Positions 27,251-41,555 of a stretch of 64,000 nucleotides of DNA are shown here, piece by piece. A program made the translations under genes and the position numbers. The notes below the pieces were generated by a model. It saw only the letters and a list, made by a program, of their open reading frames with translations. It was not told where the DNA came from and searched no databases. Numbering within the stretch: position 1 is the first letter of the stretch; the number at the start of each line of letters is the position of its first letter. The DNA comes from Chrysomallon squamiferum (lineage: Eukaryota; Animalia; Mollusca), in the NCBI GenBank assembly GCA_012295275.1, contig CM022671.1:9176001-9240000 (forward strand), written 5' to 3'.

Positions 27251-30200
27251 AAATTTTTGAAATTATTCAGTAAAGATATATTTAACATTACTCTGTAAAC
27301 TAAGAATACTTTGTTGTGTTGTTTTTACAGGTACTCATTTTATTAGGTACAGACTGTACACACTCAGAAAGCTGAAAGAATTACCAGAAGATGTAATACA
27401 AGCAAGGTAACTTTTTTCCCCAAATGCTTCTCCAGGCTAAATAAGAAAAATTGCAGGTCAAAATCATTAACACAAGCAGACAACCTCTGACAAATTATTC
27501 AGCTCTTAAATGCACTGAAAACCCTCAACTCTTTGGAGAAAAATGTCATAAGAGAACATAGGAATGAAAAGGAAAAATTAAAAGCCAGCCAGAAATAATT
27601 TTTTTTATTAATGAAGTGAGATAGGAATGTGTACATACAGACTGTGTGATATATTCTGATCTCTATCAACTTGTTGAATTACTGAAATAATTATGAATAG
27701 AATTGGCAGAGCAAGATCTAAAGCAGTGCTTGAGTTAAATGTTCTTAAACTAATACTAGGCTGGTTTCATATTACAGATACAGATCCAGCTTTCTTCACA
27801 CCTAATGTAAAACATCATTTCAAAATAAATGCAATTATTTGTTTTTAAATTTAATTACATGTTTACATTCACCAAACGAAATCTTTACACCAAATGTTAT
27901 ATTATTTTAAATAAGGTTATAATGAACCAAACTCATTTATTTTTAAACCTATATGACATCTTCATACCAATTCTTAAAAACTTTCATAATGAACTGAATT
28001 TATTGTTTTTAAAACTCAAATAATATCGTCATACAAAACTGTAAATTCTTTTATAATAAAGTGAATGCTGTTGTTTTAAAATAACATTCTATCACAGCAA
28101 TTTTAATAGTTTCAAGCTGAATGGACAGTTAGAGCAAACAGAAAGAAGATAATGGTCAAGCCAAGAGCCCAGATAATCCAATGGGTCAGCTGAGCTAGTT
28201 AATCCCCAGAGAGAAACCAAGAGACAAGACAGTAAGAAAGTGGACTGATTTGGTTACAAACTGAAATCATTTATGTCTATTACAGCACTGTGCTTGAACT
28301 AGAGGAGTAGCTCATGTCTAACTGATCCAATCATGTCTCCATCAATTAAAGTCAAAATCAGTGTTAGTGAATCTGACAGTCCTATGTAGTAACAAATTGA
28401 TCAGTGGATGTTTGTATATCACAAGTATGTTGCACCAGGAATGAGAATATGTCTGACTGTGTGTGTGTAATTGTATAAGTCTGTATATGTATATCTGTAT
28501 TATAACAGTTCTAATAAATACTAAAATTATGAGTGTATGTCTATGTGTATTTTTTTGTTAATTTTTTGGAAACAAGAAAGATGTAAAATGTTAAAAGAAA
28601 TTACCCATAAATCACATATAAATATCTGTATAACAACATCAACATCTGTAACAACAACAAAAATAATAGCAAGTATAATTTAGATGAAAATTAGGTATCT
28701 TTACATTATTTTTGATATTATTTTAAAGGATCTACAGTAAACATAACAAAAAACCCCAACTGAATCACTAACAACATTTTCTGATTACCAACAAGACAGT
28801 TATTCTCAACAATCTCTTTTCTTTTCAACAGCAGATGAATGAATAATAGCAATTAATCAGCATCTTTGATGACCTTAATTATTTTGTAGACATTCAACTG
28901 TGGTTACAATATCAACAGTGCATTTATTTAATTGTTGAAACAGCATCGTGCATGCCAACTACAACCTTGGTAAACATTGTCTTATCAAGTTTACTTCATT
29001 CATGACAATACAGACAATTTCCTATTGAAAATCAGATTCTTACAAGCAGTTTTGACATCATACTTTCTGCTAAACTTTTCACCATAATCGTTCATTCTGG
29101 AAATATAATTTTCTGAAATGTACCACAGGCAAAGAGCCAGAACATGTTCAGAACAAAGAGGATCATCATACGGATGTCTGGATAAAAATATCTTCAAGAT
29201 CTCATGTCTTTGGTTATTGTTGAAGTGTGGCGTGTTTGTGTATGAATAAAAAAGGTTTTATTTTACAAGTCTGTGTTATAAATGTTTGTTTTTTAACTAA
29301 CTCTATTGATGATCCTTCAGTCATTCAACAACAACAACAACGTCAACAAAAAAAAAAAAAATAAAAAAGAAAAAAGAATTTATAACATATCAACACATAA
29401 CCCTTCATATTAAATTTAAAAAAAATATTTTAGTTCCTATCACCATTATAAATATGTGATCTTCTGTTGTTACTGATCTAGTACAGTAGATGTAGTTTTT
29501 CTATTAACAAAAAACACACACACACACACACATTTATTTTGAAACACATGGAATTGATTATTATTAGAGCTATAATTTTCAAGAAGGTATTAGATAATTT
29601 AAAAATTAAAAAAAACTTAAAAACAAATAAAAAAACCCTGCTGAAACTAACCCAATGGGGAGGGAGGATATGACACAGATAAGCCCAATGCTGGTTTACA
29701 CTGCTGCCTAAAACTGAATTCTCATTTAATTTATCATTACTCTTTTTTTTTTGGATTACTTTCCTCTGAAGATTGTGTCTTATTACTTTATAATTCATTG
29801 AATGTTATGCATTAACTTTTGCAGTTTCAGTTCCTTTTTTCTTTATTTATTTATTTTGGTGGCTGAGTGAGTTGTGAATTGAAGAGGACTGTTGATAGAA
29901 ACACTAATATTTCTGCTGTTACAACCACAACACCAGCAACAATTACAATACCAGTTACAATACTGATAAAAAGAAAGGTGGGGGTAGAGAAAAAATGAAA
30001 AGGTAGAAGAAAAGAAGATACGTAATTGAAATGAGAACAGATGTCACTTTAAATGGCATTTTCACTTTTTGAGAGAAGAACTTGTAGATTGTGACAAAGC
30101 ACACAAGCATTAGTTTGCACTCTTCTATGATGTATTGTTCTGTGTGTCCCCAGTCCTATCGATTTGACAGTTTAGCTGTGTGTAATGTCTAGGTACATAC

Positions 30201-31131
30201 AGCATCATCATTTTCATCAAGACAGGATTGGAACTGATAGCTAAACTGATACATGGCTATGTTTATAAATGACAAATTGGGCTTCACTGTAAAGTCTCCC
30301 ATTTAGAAGAAAGAAAGGAAAATAAGATGGAAACTAAAGTGTTTGACAAGAACTGGAGGAGGAGGGCATCTGCTTTCTTGAGTAAATAATGTAAGAAAGA
30401 TATAAGTGATTAGTAGTAACAGTAATAAAGTAGTATAATTACAAACTGAAGAATTGGTAATGAGATAGGGCAGTGGCGATGTTTTTTTCAAAAATTAATA
30501 TAGCTTTACCTAAGAAAGGTGCAAGTGACTACTATTAACAACAACGACAACAATGTAATAATAATAATAATAATACAAAGAAGAAGAGAAAATTGAAATA
30601 AATAAATAAAAACATTAATTAGCTCTCATTTTGTTGTTCACTGGAGCTTTTTTCTTCCTTATGAAGAGCACAAAGAAAGGCACAATTATTCAGAATAAAA
30701 TTTTCCCCTGATGTGTATTGTTTTAAATAACAAATAAATAAATACATAAGAAAAATATTAATAAAAATGAAAGAAAAAAAAGAAAGAAAAGAATAACCAT
30801 TTTACTTACTGGATTTCACAAACTTTTTCTTCTTATATCTTAAAACAACATAACTTTTTATTTTTATTATTTCCGGCCTGTTACATCACCATTACTGTTA
30901 CTTAATCCAAACACAGCTTTTGGATAAATCCAATATTAAAACCCAAATATTAGTTTAATTAAACGTCATCAGTAAACATGCAGGCAGTTTGAGATTATTA
31001 ACACAGAGTATATTAGAAAGCCGTAATGTAAGGCATACAGGTCTGAAATTAAGTAAAGTTCTAATATACAGTATTAATAATAATAATAATAATAATAACA
31101 ATTGTAATAGCAGTAATAGTAAGAAATAATA

Positions 31132-31162
<31 letters not shown>

Positions 31163-32429
31163 ATAATAGTAGTATTAGTAATAATAATAATATTGATAAT
31201 AATAATAATAACAATAATAATACTAAGTTCATATACATCTCAAATGTGTATTTTATGTCTATGTAGATTAATTAATCTTGATGTAACAACATCAACAAAA
31301 TAAGTTAATAATCTGTATGGAGAATGGAAAAATGATGAGTTATTTTGAAAAATCATTTGAAAAAAGAAAAATCAATACATAAATGAACATGCTTTCTAAA
31401 TAATGAACTCTACTCATCTTTCTTAAATTAACAGTTGCAGTTTAATGTTAGCAGAAATTTAAAATATATCTCACTTTTAATTTAACACAGTGCAAACTAG
31501 CAACATACTAATCAGTGTAAATTAAAGATAAATAGATCTGACAAGGTGGAATTTGGATTATATAATACAGACCTATTAAATAAGTAATCTTGTTTTATTA
31601 ATTAATAATCTGCATATAAATGAAATATTGTATCTTACATGCACAATCAGTTTCTAATAACAAAAATCTGTCGTAGAAGTAGACAGTGCCAAGGACTCTT
31701 AAAACTATATATGATCCAAGTGAGATTCTATTGTGAACACAAAAACGGTCACCAAATCACGAACAATACAGCAGTCACTGAAAGTTCTCCAGAGGTTAAG
31801 TCAAATTAGACCAAGAATTATATATTTGAAATTAGATATGGAAAATATTATTCAGATGTTTTATTAAGAAATATATTGGATATTTAATTTTTCTTGTTGT
31901 TTTGTTTTGTTTCAGATTCCTAAATCCAATCAAATGCTATTTAGAAAGAAATAATTCAAAACTCAATTAGCCACCACCAGTTTATTATTTGCAATTAGAA
32001 AGTTTGGAGATTAATTGAATTATCTGAAAGTCAATAGTTCAGACAGAATATACTTAAATCCATGTGAAACAGAATGGTAAAAAGTATTAACATTTAAATC
32101 TGTTTGTATCTCAATACTGGCAACAGAACACATATCCATATTAGCAATATTTCACCAAAATCATCTTCAACGTTTTTAATATTACAAATGAATATATGAG
32201 TGAGTAGAAGAGAAAAACATTAAAATCATTTATTAATGACATTTTCTTGGTCTCAGATAATAGGTGAAGACATAAAAAGAACCACTAAGTCCAAACTGTA
32301 AGAGTTCTTTTAAGGATTTCTAATGCAGGGTTGATACAAATATCTCATCACATCAAAGACAGCAGGCTGCAAACAAAGGAGATAACACCTAACATATGAT
32401 GTTTAGTTACAGGATTTCCAGTCTGATCG

Positions 32430-32670
32430 ACTCTCCTGTACTTGTATGTCACATAGTAGATTTTAGATCATTTGTCTGAAGTGTGAGAGATCACCAGATC
32501 AGTTCTACTGTGTACACCCAATAAACTGCTTCACATTCCAAATTATGGTCACCAATGGTTTATTAGCTGACATATTTTTCACTTTCTCACTTTTGGGAAA
32601 GTTCATATATAAGATCAGTAATTGCTAATAATACATTTCACTTACAGTAAGTTTCCTTTCTCATATTATT
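32430..32670 (+). mobile_element. Decayed SINE-like element, same family as the 12.5 kb and 49 kb copies
   Basis: Shares the 17-nt end gtttcctttctcatatt with the inverted copy at 12490. Internal gggaaagttcatatataagatc...ttgctaat matches the recalled SINE body. Confidence 0.55.
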
Positions 32671-35600
32671 ATTAAACAAATCCCACATTCTTGAAATCTA
32701 AATAGCTTTCAACATTCATATACTTGCATTTTCAATTCTGTTTCTGTGAATATTTTACACTGAAAAACATATACACTATCAAGATTTGATCTATTATTTA
32801 CTAAAAATGTATAGCAGTTATAACAAAAATGGATCATCTCAAAACAGTGATAGTTTATGTAGAAGAATGCACTGAAAAGTGTGGATTCTCCTTTGAATAA
32901 TCAGAATAAATAATTGGTGAATCCACAAAGGATCATTTCAATTTTGACAGCTGAAATAACCTCAAGCCTCTTTGAGGAAGAAGACTGAAAAATGACACCA
33001 ATGAAGCTACATTTGTATGAACTTTCTACCAATCACAAAACTCTAATGGACATGGAAGTGTCAGATTTCAGTTATTTGCAATGTAAGTGTGATATTGTTT
33101 TTAATATACATTATAACATTGATGTTGTTCAGTTCTTTTTTTACATTGTATTCTTAAGTTCTTTTCACTGCTCTCATTTCAGATATTCAATTTGAAATAT
33201 ATTTTAACTGTTGCTGTTTTTCTTGATATATTTTAATGTAAAATTTGGCTGAATTCATATCAGTTAAGAAAGATTACTGAACATGAATGAGTACATATCT
33301 GCCCCCCCCCACACTCATAACTTATTATTTTACTTTATTATTACAAAAGTTTTGGGTTGTCATTTAATATTTTATAATGCTTTAAGTGTAGCGAAGTAAT
33401 ATTAGAAAAATTAAAAAATGTTTTCTGGGAAATGTTTTTCCAAATCTTCATTCTTTCAGTAATTACAGCTTTATCACAAGAAAAGCATACACTTCATAGA
33501 AATCTGTGTTTATAATACTGAACTTAACTGCAGCTACATTCTCTACCATATACTTAGTCTTAACCACACAGTCAGAGTCATAATAATACACAGATACACA
33601 GACTTAACTACATAGTTACAGATGATGCCATGCAATTTCACTGGTCTATAGATTCTCATCACACATGCAGACATATTACATACAAAGTATATAATTATCC
33701 TGATCAAAATGTGGACTATTAAAACTATTAGTAGTTTACTTGTTCTGATAGTGTAATGAAGCCTTTGGTATATTATTAGAGAAGAAAGTAATTTTAGAGC
33801 TCTAGAGTTACTTTGGTCTTAAAAACTAGAAAAATGTCTTAGAATTCAATATGTGAGATTTCTTTTCAGTGTAATCTAATTTGCTTTCTAATTGGAATGA
33901 TTTTTCTTGCTCTTTGCAGATAATTATCAGAAGATTCAGAATAAATACCACTTTCTTTCTTTAAGCAAAACTAAGAGTGGCTAAAATAGCAGCAAAATGA
34001 AAAAAGTAATTTTTAACAAACTCATATATGACAGTTTAACTTCTATTTCAATTAAGTTTTCTTTTAAAAGCTGTTACTAGAACTGGGGGAAAAAAGTATA
34101 AAAGTTTACATTGACATTCAATGAAAAATGTTTTTTTTAATAATTTTGATAAAATAAATTTAAAAAAATGTTTTACATTAATAAATTAAATTACTTCTAT
34201 CTAAATAATAAAAAATTACATCTGAAAAAAAAGGCTTAATTAACAAGATTTTTATTTATAAGAAATTGAAAATTCATCTCTGCAACAAGAATGTAAAATA
34301 AAACATGATCACACCACATAATAAAGAAATCAATCAAAATAACCAAATAAATACAATTAAAACATAATAAATAAAATTTAAGTAAATTAAAGCAAAATAA
34401 TAAATAAGTAAAATTAAAACAAATAATTAAATAAGTAATTAAGTAAATAAATAAAATAATATTATAAAAACATTAAAAATAAATACATTTGAAAGAAAAA
34501 TATAATAATAATAAAATAAAAAAATCACAAAAGAAAGTCAATGAAGAATGTAAATAATCATGACATTTGTTGCACATAAACTATTAAATGACATGCATTA
34601 TAGAAAATGGACACCCACATATTAAGAAAATAAAAGAATTATGGCCTTTATTCCAAGACTTTATGACACATCATAAAATGTAGCCAATGGATTTAATAAA
34701 AAGTATATGCTTGAGTTTTTCTTTGATGATTACTCTCTGACACTCTACAATATAACAACTCAACATACACAATTAGTCAGCTTTGCTTATTACTCACTGT
34801 AGATGAAAATCTAATAAGGCTTGAAAATATTCAGTAATGACATGACAGAACATAAATAGCTTAGTCTGATTTTTGATTACTTTTGTTATGTGTATCAAAG
34901 TATTTTACTTCTTGTGATTACCAGGACTCTAGCTAAAATATATTGAACAAGTGTGAAGAAATATATAACAGTGTTGATTATAAAGTTAAGAATGAGAAAT
35001 TTAGTTTTTGTACGTTTTAGATCGATCTGTCTGTCTCTCTCTCTCACTTTCTTTCTCTATTCTCATTCTCCCTCTCTTTCTCCCTTTCCCCTTCTCTCCC
35101 CTTCTTTCTCACACTCAGATACCAACAGATACATAAAATACAGATAAAAAGAAAGAACATGAGATAAAAAAATTGAGAATATCAAAGAACATGTTTGTAT
35201 ATATGCATCACAAAATTAAAACAAATAGTGAAGACATATCATAAACTAGAGGAAAAGGTTTACAGAAAATATCTTATTCAAATTTGAAGAAATATATATC
35301 ATAGATGCTGTAGACATTAGAAAAACTTTACTATGTTACAGACAATAAAGCTAACATTTAACGATTTTGTGATCAAATCCTAAGACAAGCTTTCTGCATT
35401 ACATTATTAATCTAAGGAAGAAATTTAAAGACCTCCTTTTTACTGCTTAGAAAAATATATATTGAACAAAGAAAGGGAATAATAATAATAATAATAAATA
35501 GCAATAATAAGACCAGGCAAGACATATGTCACTGGTCAGTATGACTAACACCTGTGCCCAGTGTAATGCTAACTTTAACCCTGATGACAGAAAGAAAAGA

Positions 35601-36092
35601 AAGGAACCAGATAAAGAAGAGAAAGAACAACATCAGTATCAATGGTAAACCAAAACAGTGAGTTACGTTGACGACATATCTACAATTATACACTTTTAAC
35701 TTAACAAAATATGAATATGTGTGTCTAATTGCATATGTACATGTACTTATCTGAGTTGGGGAAATGCCTTTTTTTCATTGGTTTGAGATCAGTTCTTGAT
35801 TTTAAGAATAAAAATTGTTCTTGTCAATTCCACATCAAAAATTTTACCTGTCTAGAATCATTTGTCTGACTGTATAATTGAAATTTTTATCAGTTTTACT
35901 TCATCAGACACCTTTGTATGTAGCATGTCTGTCAATTAGTATTTTTTTTCTCATTAATAACTGGAACAATAGGTGCATTTTTTGCTAGTTAACTTTGTCA
36001 AATTATCATGGGCTATGATACGAACACATAATCAAACTAATATATATAAGTTCACATTGTTAGGCATTAAAATCTCTGTGAAAACTGGTTAC

Positions 36093-37136
36093 TGTCAACA
36101 ACTATAATTATTGTCAACAGATATGATTATGGTCAACAGGTATCATTACTGTTACTGTCACAAAGTATTATTACCATTACAGTCAACAAGTATGATTACT
36201 GTTACTGTCAACAAGTATGATTACTGTTACAATGAACAAGAATGATTACTATTACTCTCAGCAAGTATCAACAAGTAGTATTGCTGTTACAGTCAACAAG
36301 TATGATTACTGTTTCTGTCAACAAGTATGATTACTGTTACAGTCAATAAGTATTATTACTGTTACAGTCAACAAGTATGATTACTGTTACTGTCAACAAG
36401 TTTTATTACTGTTACAGTCAGCAAGAATGATTACTGTTACTGTCAACAAGTATGATTACTGTTACAGTCAACAAGTATGATTACTTAGTCAACAAGTATC
36501 ATTACTGTTACAGTCAATAAGTATTATTACTGTTACTGTCAACAAGTATGATTACTGTTACAGTCAACAAGTATGATTACTGTTAGTCAACAAGTATCAT
36601 TACTGTTACTGTCAACAAGTTTTATTACTGTTACAGTCAGCAAGAATGATTAGTGTTACTGTCAACAAGTATGATTACTGTTACAGTCAACAAGTATGAT
36701 TACTGTTACAGTCAGCAAGAATGATTAGTGTTACTGTCAACAAGTATGATTACTGTTACAGTCAACAAGTATGATTACTGTTACAGTCAACAAGTTTTAT
36801 TACTGTTACAGTCAGCAAGAATGATTAGTGTTACTGTCAACAAGTATTATTGCTGTTACAGTCAACAAGTATGATTACTGTTACAGTCAACAAGTATGAT
36901 TACAGTTACAGTCAGCAAGTATGATTACTGTTAGTCAACAAGTATGATTACTGTTAGTCAACAAGTATGATTACTGTTAGTCAACAAGTATCATTATTGT
37001 TACAGTCAATAGGTATTATTACTGTTACAGTCAACAAGTATGATTACTGATACTGTCAACAAGTATGATTACTGATACTGTCAACAGGTATGATTACTGT
37101 TACTGTCAACTGGTATGATTACTGTTACTGTCAACA
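36093..37136. repeat. Young 25-bp minisatellite (GTCAACAAGTATGATTACTGTTAC[A/T]), about 40 copies, with 23-bp deletion variants
   Basis: Direct reading shows near-identical tandem units, with shorter (about 19 bp) diverged units at the left edge. Confidence 0.97.
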
Positions 37137-37456
37137 CATATGAAAACAACTTAGTTTTTCTTATCACAAAGCATTTTATCTGCATATATCTGTGTTATTT
37201 CTTAATGTTAAACTTCATGCCAGTATTTTCTGCATACTGACAACTGAACTGCTCTTTGACAAGATTATTGTACTGATACAATCAATGCAACCATAATACA
37301 CAATAGCTGTCAAATTTTATTTTTGTTTTAATAACTGATGTGACATTTAAAACAAATATGAATAAAGGCATACTGGAAATGCTTTTAAACCCAAAATGTA
37401 CAGACAGAGATGAATGTGTGTGAGCATATGTGTGTGCATGTATTTGCAAGCATCTT

Positions 37457-37457
<1 letters not shown>

Positions 37458-37488
<31 letters not shown>

Positions 37489-37560
37489 TGTATGTATGTA
37501 TGTATGTATGTATGTATAAATGTATGTATGTTATGTATGTATGTATGTATGTATGTATGC
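37458..37560. repeat. (TATG)n microsatellite
   Basis: Direct reading. Confidence 0.95.
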
Positions 37561-39069
37561 ATGTGTTTTTGTGTGACTGTGTGTCTGTTTGTGTATATGT
37601 GGTATGTATATGAGGTGGTGTATGTAACCGTACATGGATGGCTGTTTATATGTATACTTCTGATCATGCACAAAGTATAGGTTTTGAAATTTGTTAGGGT
37701 GTCGGTATGCTAACTGTCAATATCTCTGTCTGTCTGGCTGGACAGAAACCTGTGGGTGACAAAGAAATAGCTCAAGAAAGTAGTGATTGAAAAATCACAT
37801 ATGGTAAGAATCAATTTTAAATTACTGGAATTAAACAGATATGATAGCCAAGTAAACACACACCTCTTTGTGAGACTAAATTAAAATTAATGACATTTTA
37901 TTGACAGACATATTACAAAACCTGTATATTGATTGATTGTTGAAGTATAACCATTAAATTTAAATATAAATCCACACTGAGTCTAGGAAGATGATCATCC
38001 TTTCAAATATTTACATGAACCAAATTCTTCATTCATTTGAAAATTTTGCCTTTGGGTCAGTGTATTTTTCATCAAAAAAATGTCTGGTGAAATATTTAGT
38101 TTTATTTAAAGTAAATAAACTGTCTGATTTATTAGAAATACATTAACTTATTTTTTTATTTAATAAAATAAAGAAAAGTGATAGTATGAAAGTGATAGAA
38201 GATTTACACTTACTAACAGAATACGTTATCAAAACAAAAACAACAATAACCAAATAATAATAATAATAAAAAAATAAAAAAATAAACTAAACTACAACAT
38301 TTCCATATTTGTGATCCATCATATTGAATCAGGTCTCAAGTCACATTTGGCTGATTGGAATTATGAATCTTTTCAGATTCCTGACTCCATAAGCTTCATT
38401 AAACCTTTAATTCTTTGACTGTCTAAAAATAAATGTGCTGACAAATGGTAAAGTTGGTGAAAAAAAAAAAATTCTGAAAAAAATGAGGCATCCGACAAAT
38501 AATTGTGTTTGTAAAAGTGACCTAAAACACTCCTTAATATTAGGTATCTATCAGTTTCAACACTGGATCATAGAGACATAAGATGTGTATTTTTCTGTGT
38601 GCATGCATGTGTGCATGTGTGTTATGTGTTTGTGGATATTATATATATAACCATTTCTTAACATAATATCAAAAGCCAAAATTTTCTGTTGTCCTCTATT
38701 GTTGTTTAAAGTTCAGTACTTGGCCATGCAACTTAAGATCTAGTTTGATGTGATTTACTAGTAATCTTTACTGTCTGCAATTTATCACCTTAGATGTGTA
38801 TCATGAGAAACATATTTTGTCTAGTATTACAAGTAGTAAAATAAATAAATTCTCAATTAGTTTGAGACTGAGTGGCATCAGCCAATGATAAGAGAAAATA
38901 TATTACTACTAAACATGAAAGTCTCGTTTAGAGTACAAGCTATTACAGAGAGAGAGAGAAAAAAATGTTAGCCGCAGTATAAGAGAAAATTAAAAAGACA
39001 AATCAACATATGATAATAAAGTACATAGTTAAATTTTATATATCATATTGATTTTGTAATATAAATCAT

Positions 39070-39102
<33 letters not shown>

Positions 39103-41027
39103 CATAATTTCACATATAAAAATATATATTAATATTATATTATATAATTTATCTTTGTAAGTTTTATCACTAATTTTGAACATTCTGCATTATCAATAAT
39201 ATATATATTATTAGTTTGCTTTACATTTTTATAACTTCTACAATTTTACTTATTAACCCTTTTATACCTTCCAATATTTTCTTCTTTAATCTTCTTTAAA
39301 ATTTTAACAGTCACAATTTTTAATCCTTGAAAGACATTTCACCTTATAGCAATATCATAACCCATATACTTTTATGATCATATTTTATTCACAATTCATT
39401 TGCAATTTGTAGACCTCGCATGACAGATCAGATACGATTTGATGGTCTATTTCCCAAGTGACATAATTATTTCCATCCTTGTGCCATGTAGGGATATAGT
39501 TCAGTGAGAAATAAATAACTTGCAGGATTATTATCAAAGTTTAAACAGGCTCAATCATTTTCCATTCTCATCCAAGTTAGCATGATAAATCATCATGAAG
39601 AAAATGTGTTTGAGGAAATTGTCACTGATTAGGACACTTAATGCTTAAAAGCATTCAGTTACAGGCGCCACAGATTTATTTTTATGACTCCAGGATCAAC
39701 ACTAACTAGACAAATGTAATTTAACTTGACTACGTAATATTAGAAATCATTCACTTCCACAGTTTCTTACTGCAGTCAGATAGTGGGCCCATAACACACA
39801 TACTTCAAGTTATCTTTCTTTGATGGAAACACGAGTAAACAAAATTACTGGTACAATATGAATGTCCAAAGGTAAAAGGTGAAAATCATGTTATTTGTAT
39901 GTAAATTTGACACTCCATTTAACATAACTCTACTTGAAAATCTGAACAAAATCTGGGAAATATATAAATATTCTCAAATGAGTCAGAATAAATTATCCAA
40001 TTCTTGCAAAACAAGATCAATCTGTTGTCCATCAGGGTAAGTAAAAATTCAGAGTAAATTTAGTTCTGAAAATTATTCTACATTGTAAATATTTGCGTTT
40101 TTTCTAACATACTTTGCAAAATCTTGATTTCTGAGTTTCCAGACTTTACCCCTTTTAGTTTGTTAAATGGAGGGTATGTATATATTAATGCACATGCATA
40201 AATGTATGGTGATTGTGTGTGTATGTTTAATTAAGTGTGTATTTATATACAAGTTGGTCTGTGTGTTTTTATGTATATTAAAGCATGCATATGCTGTGCT
40301 TACATGTGTCTGTTTGAATCATCTTATAATAAAGTTGCAGCATGTGCAAGCACATATTTTTTGTATTTTCTTAGGAAGAAACATCTGAAAATGTGACTTT
40401 TATCACATATTTCTAAATAAACCTGCTGAAGTATGTAACTAAACTGCTTCCAAGCCAGTGATGCATATGATCATGCAAAAAATGTAATATATTCATTAAG
40501 TAATACCATTCATTAATATTCTCAAAGGAAAACCTAAGAATTAACAGTTCATCCATGTCTTAAGGGCAGTACAAGATTAAAAGAATTTTAATTATAAATG
40601 AATGTGCGTAGTATGAAGAATATGAAGTTCTAATAAACTGTGATAGTTTGAATTAAGTAAAACCATATATTAATTAGATACACACATACTGTTAAATTAA
40701 GAGTTAAAAAAAACAGTCAGTGAGATATGTCAGAGGTAGAAACAGTCAGACAGAAGAGAGCAAATGAGAGAGAGAGAGCAAGAGAGAGGGAATGAAAGAG
40801 AAAGTCAGAAAAAGAAAAAAGAAAAGAAAAGAAACAGAACTAACAAAGAGAGAAAAAAGGCAAAAGGTACTGAAGAAATAATGATGAAAAAACCCATAAA
40901 ACAATGGAGAAAACAAAACCAGAGAAAGAAAGAGAAATATAAACAAGAGAGTGAAGAAATACAGAGAAGTAAAAAAAAAAGTAATAAGAGAAAAATACAA
41001 AGTCAGACAGACAGTCATGTGTGTGTA

Positions 41028-41058
<31 letters not shown>

Positions 41059-41379
41059 AGGTAAAGGAAAATTATAAAGTAAACCAAAATAAATAAACAA
41101 AAAAATTAAAAAATTAAAAAATTAAAAAAAAAAATGGGTAAGAAGAAAAAAGAAGACCCAAAAAGAAGACATAAAAAGAAGACCCCAAAACAGAAGAAAA
41201 TGAAAGAAAAAAAAAATGGAGGAAGAAAAGGATGCCTAAATGAAAGATTGAAAGAAAAGAAAAAGAAGAATAACAGGGTGTTTTTTTTAAATATTGAAAT
41301 AACTAATTAATAAAATTTTGTTTTCATTGTTTGTCTACTACAAGAAAGGTATGAACTATTTCAGATATGTCGATCACAT

Positions 41380-41555
41380 CTCAAGAACATTGTTTGCAAA
41401 TAATGCTATCCATACACCATGCTTCAATAGTCACACTTCCTGAACTTGTGAAAAACAAACGGACATCCTCTTTATATCTCACACATGAGGCATATAAACC
41501 AATATTTATTCTGTTGATCTGTCCAGCTAAGCCAGAATCAATGATCTTTCATGGG
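41380..41555 (-). mobile_element. Possible decayed Tc1-like transposase fragment
   Basis: Open stretch KIIDSGLAGQINRINIGLYASCVRYKEDVRLFFTSSGSVTIEAWCMDSII resembles the Tc1 segment RY....(R/G)SG.SV.VWG that follows the first catalytic D. Confidence 0.25.

Noticed and set aside
30804-30855. 29-nt minus-strand micro-exon ending in GTAAGT
   Set aside because: The acceptor is AAG, the length is frame-shifting, and it has no MON2 similarity.
35841-35865. AG|GT ratchet candidate (CAG|GTAAAA); likewise TAG|GTATAA near 15068
   Set aside because: Competing AG immediately upstream, poor pyrimidine tract and weak donors.
36093-37136. CRISPR-like array
   Set aside because: Units are contiguous with no unique spacers, there are no cas genes, and the context is a eukaryotic intron. 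It is a minisatellite.
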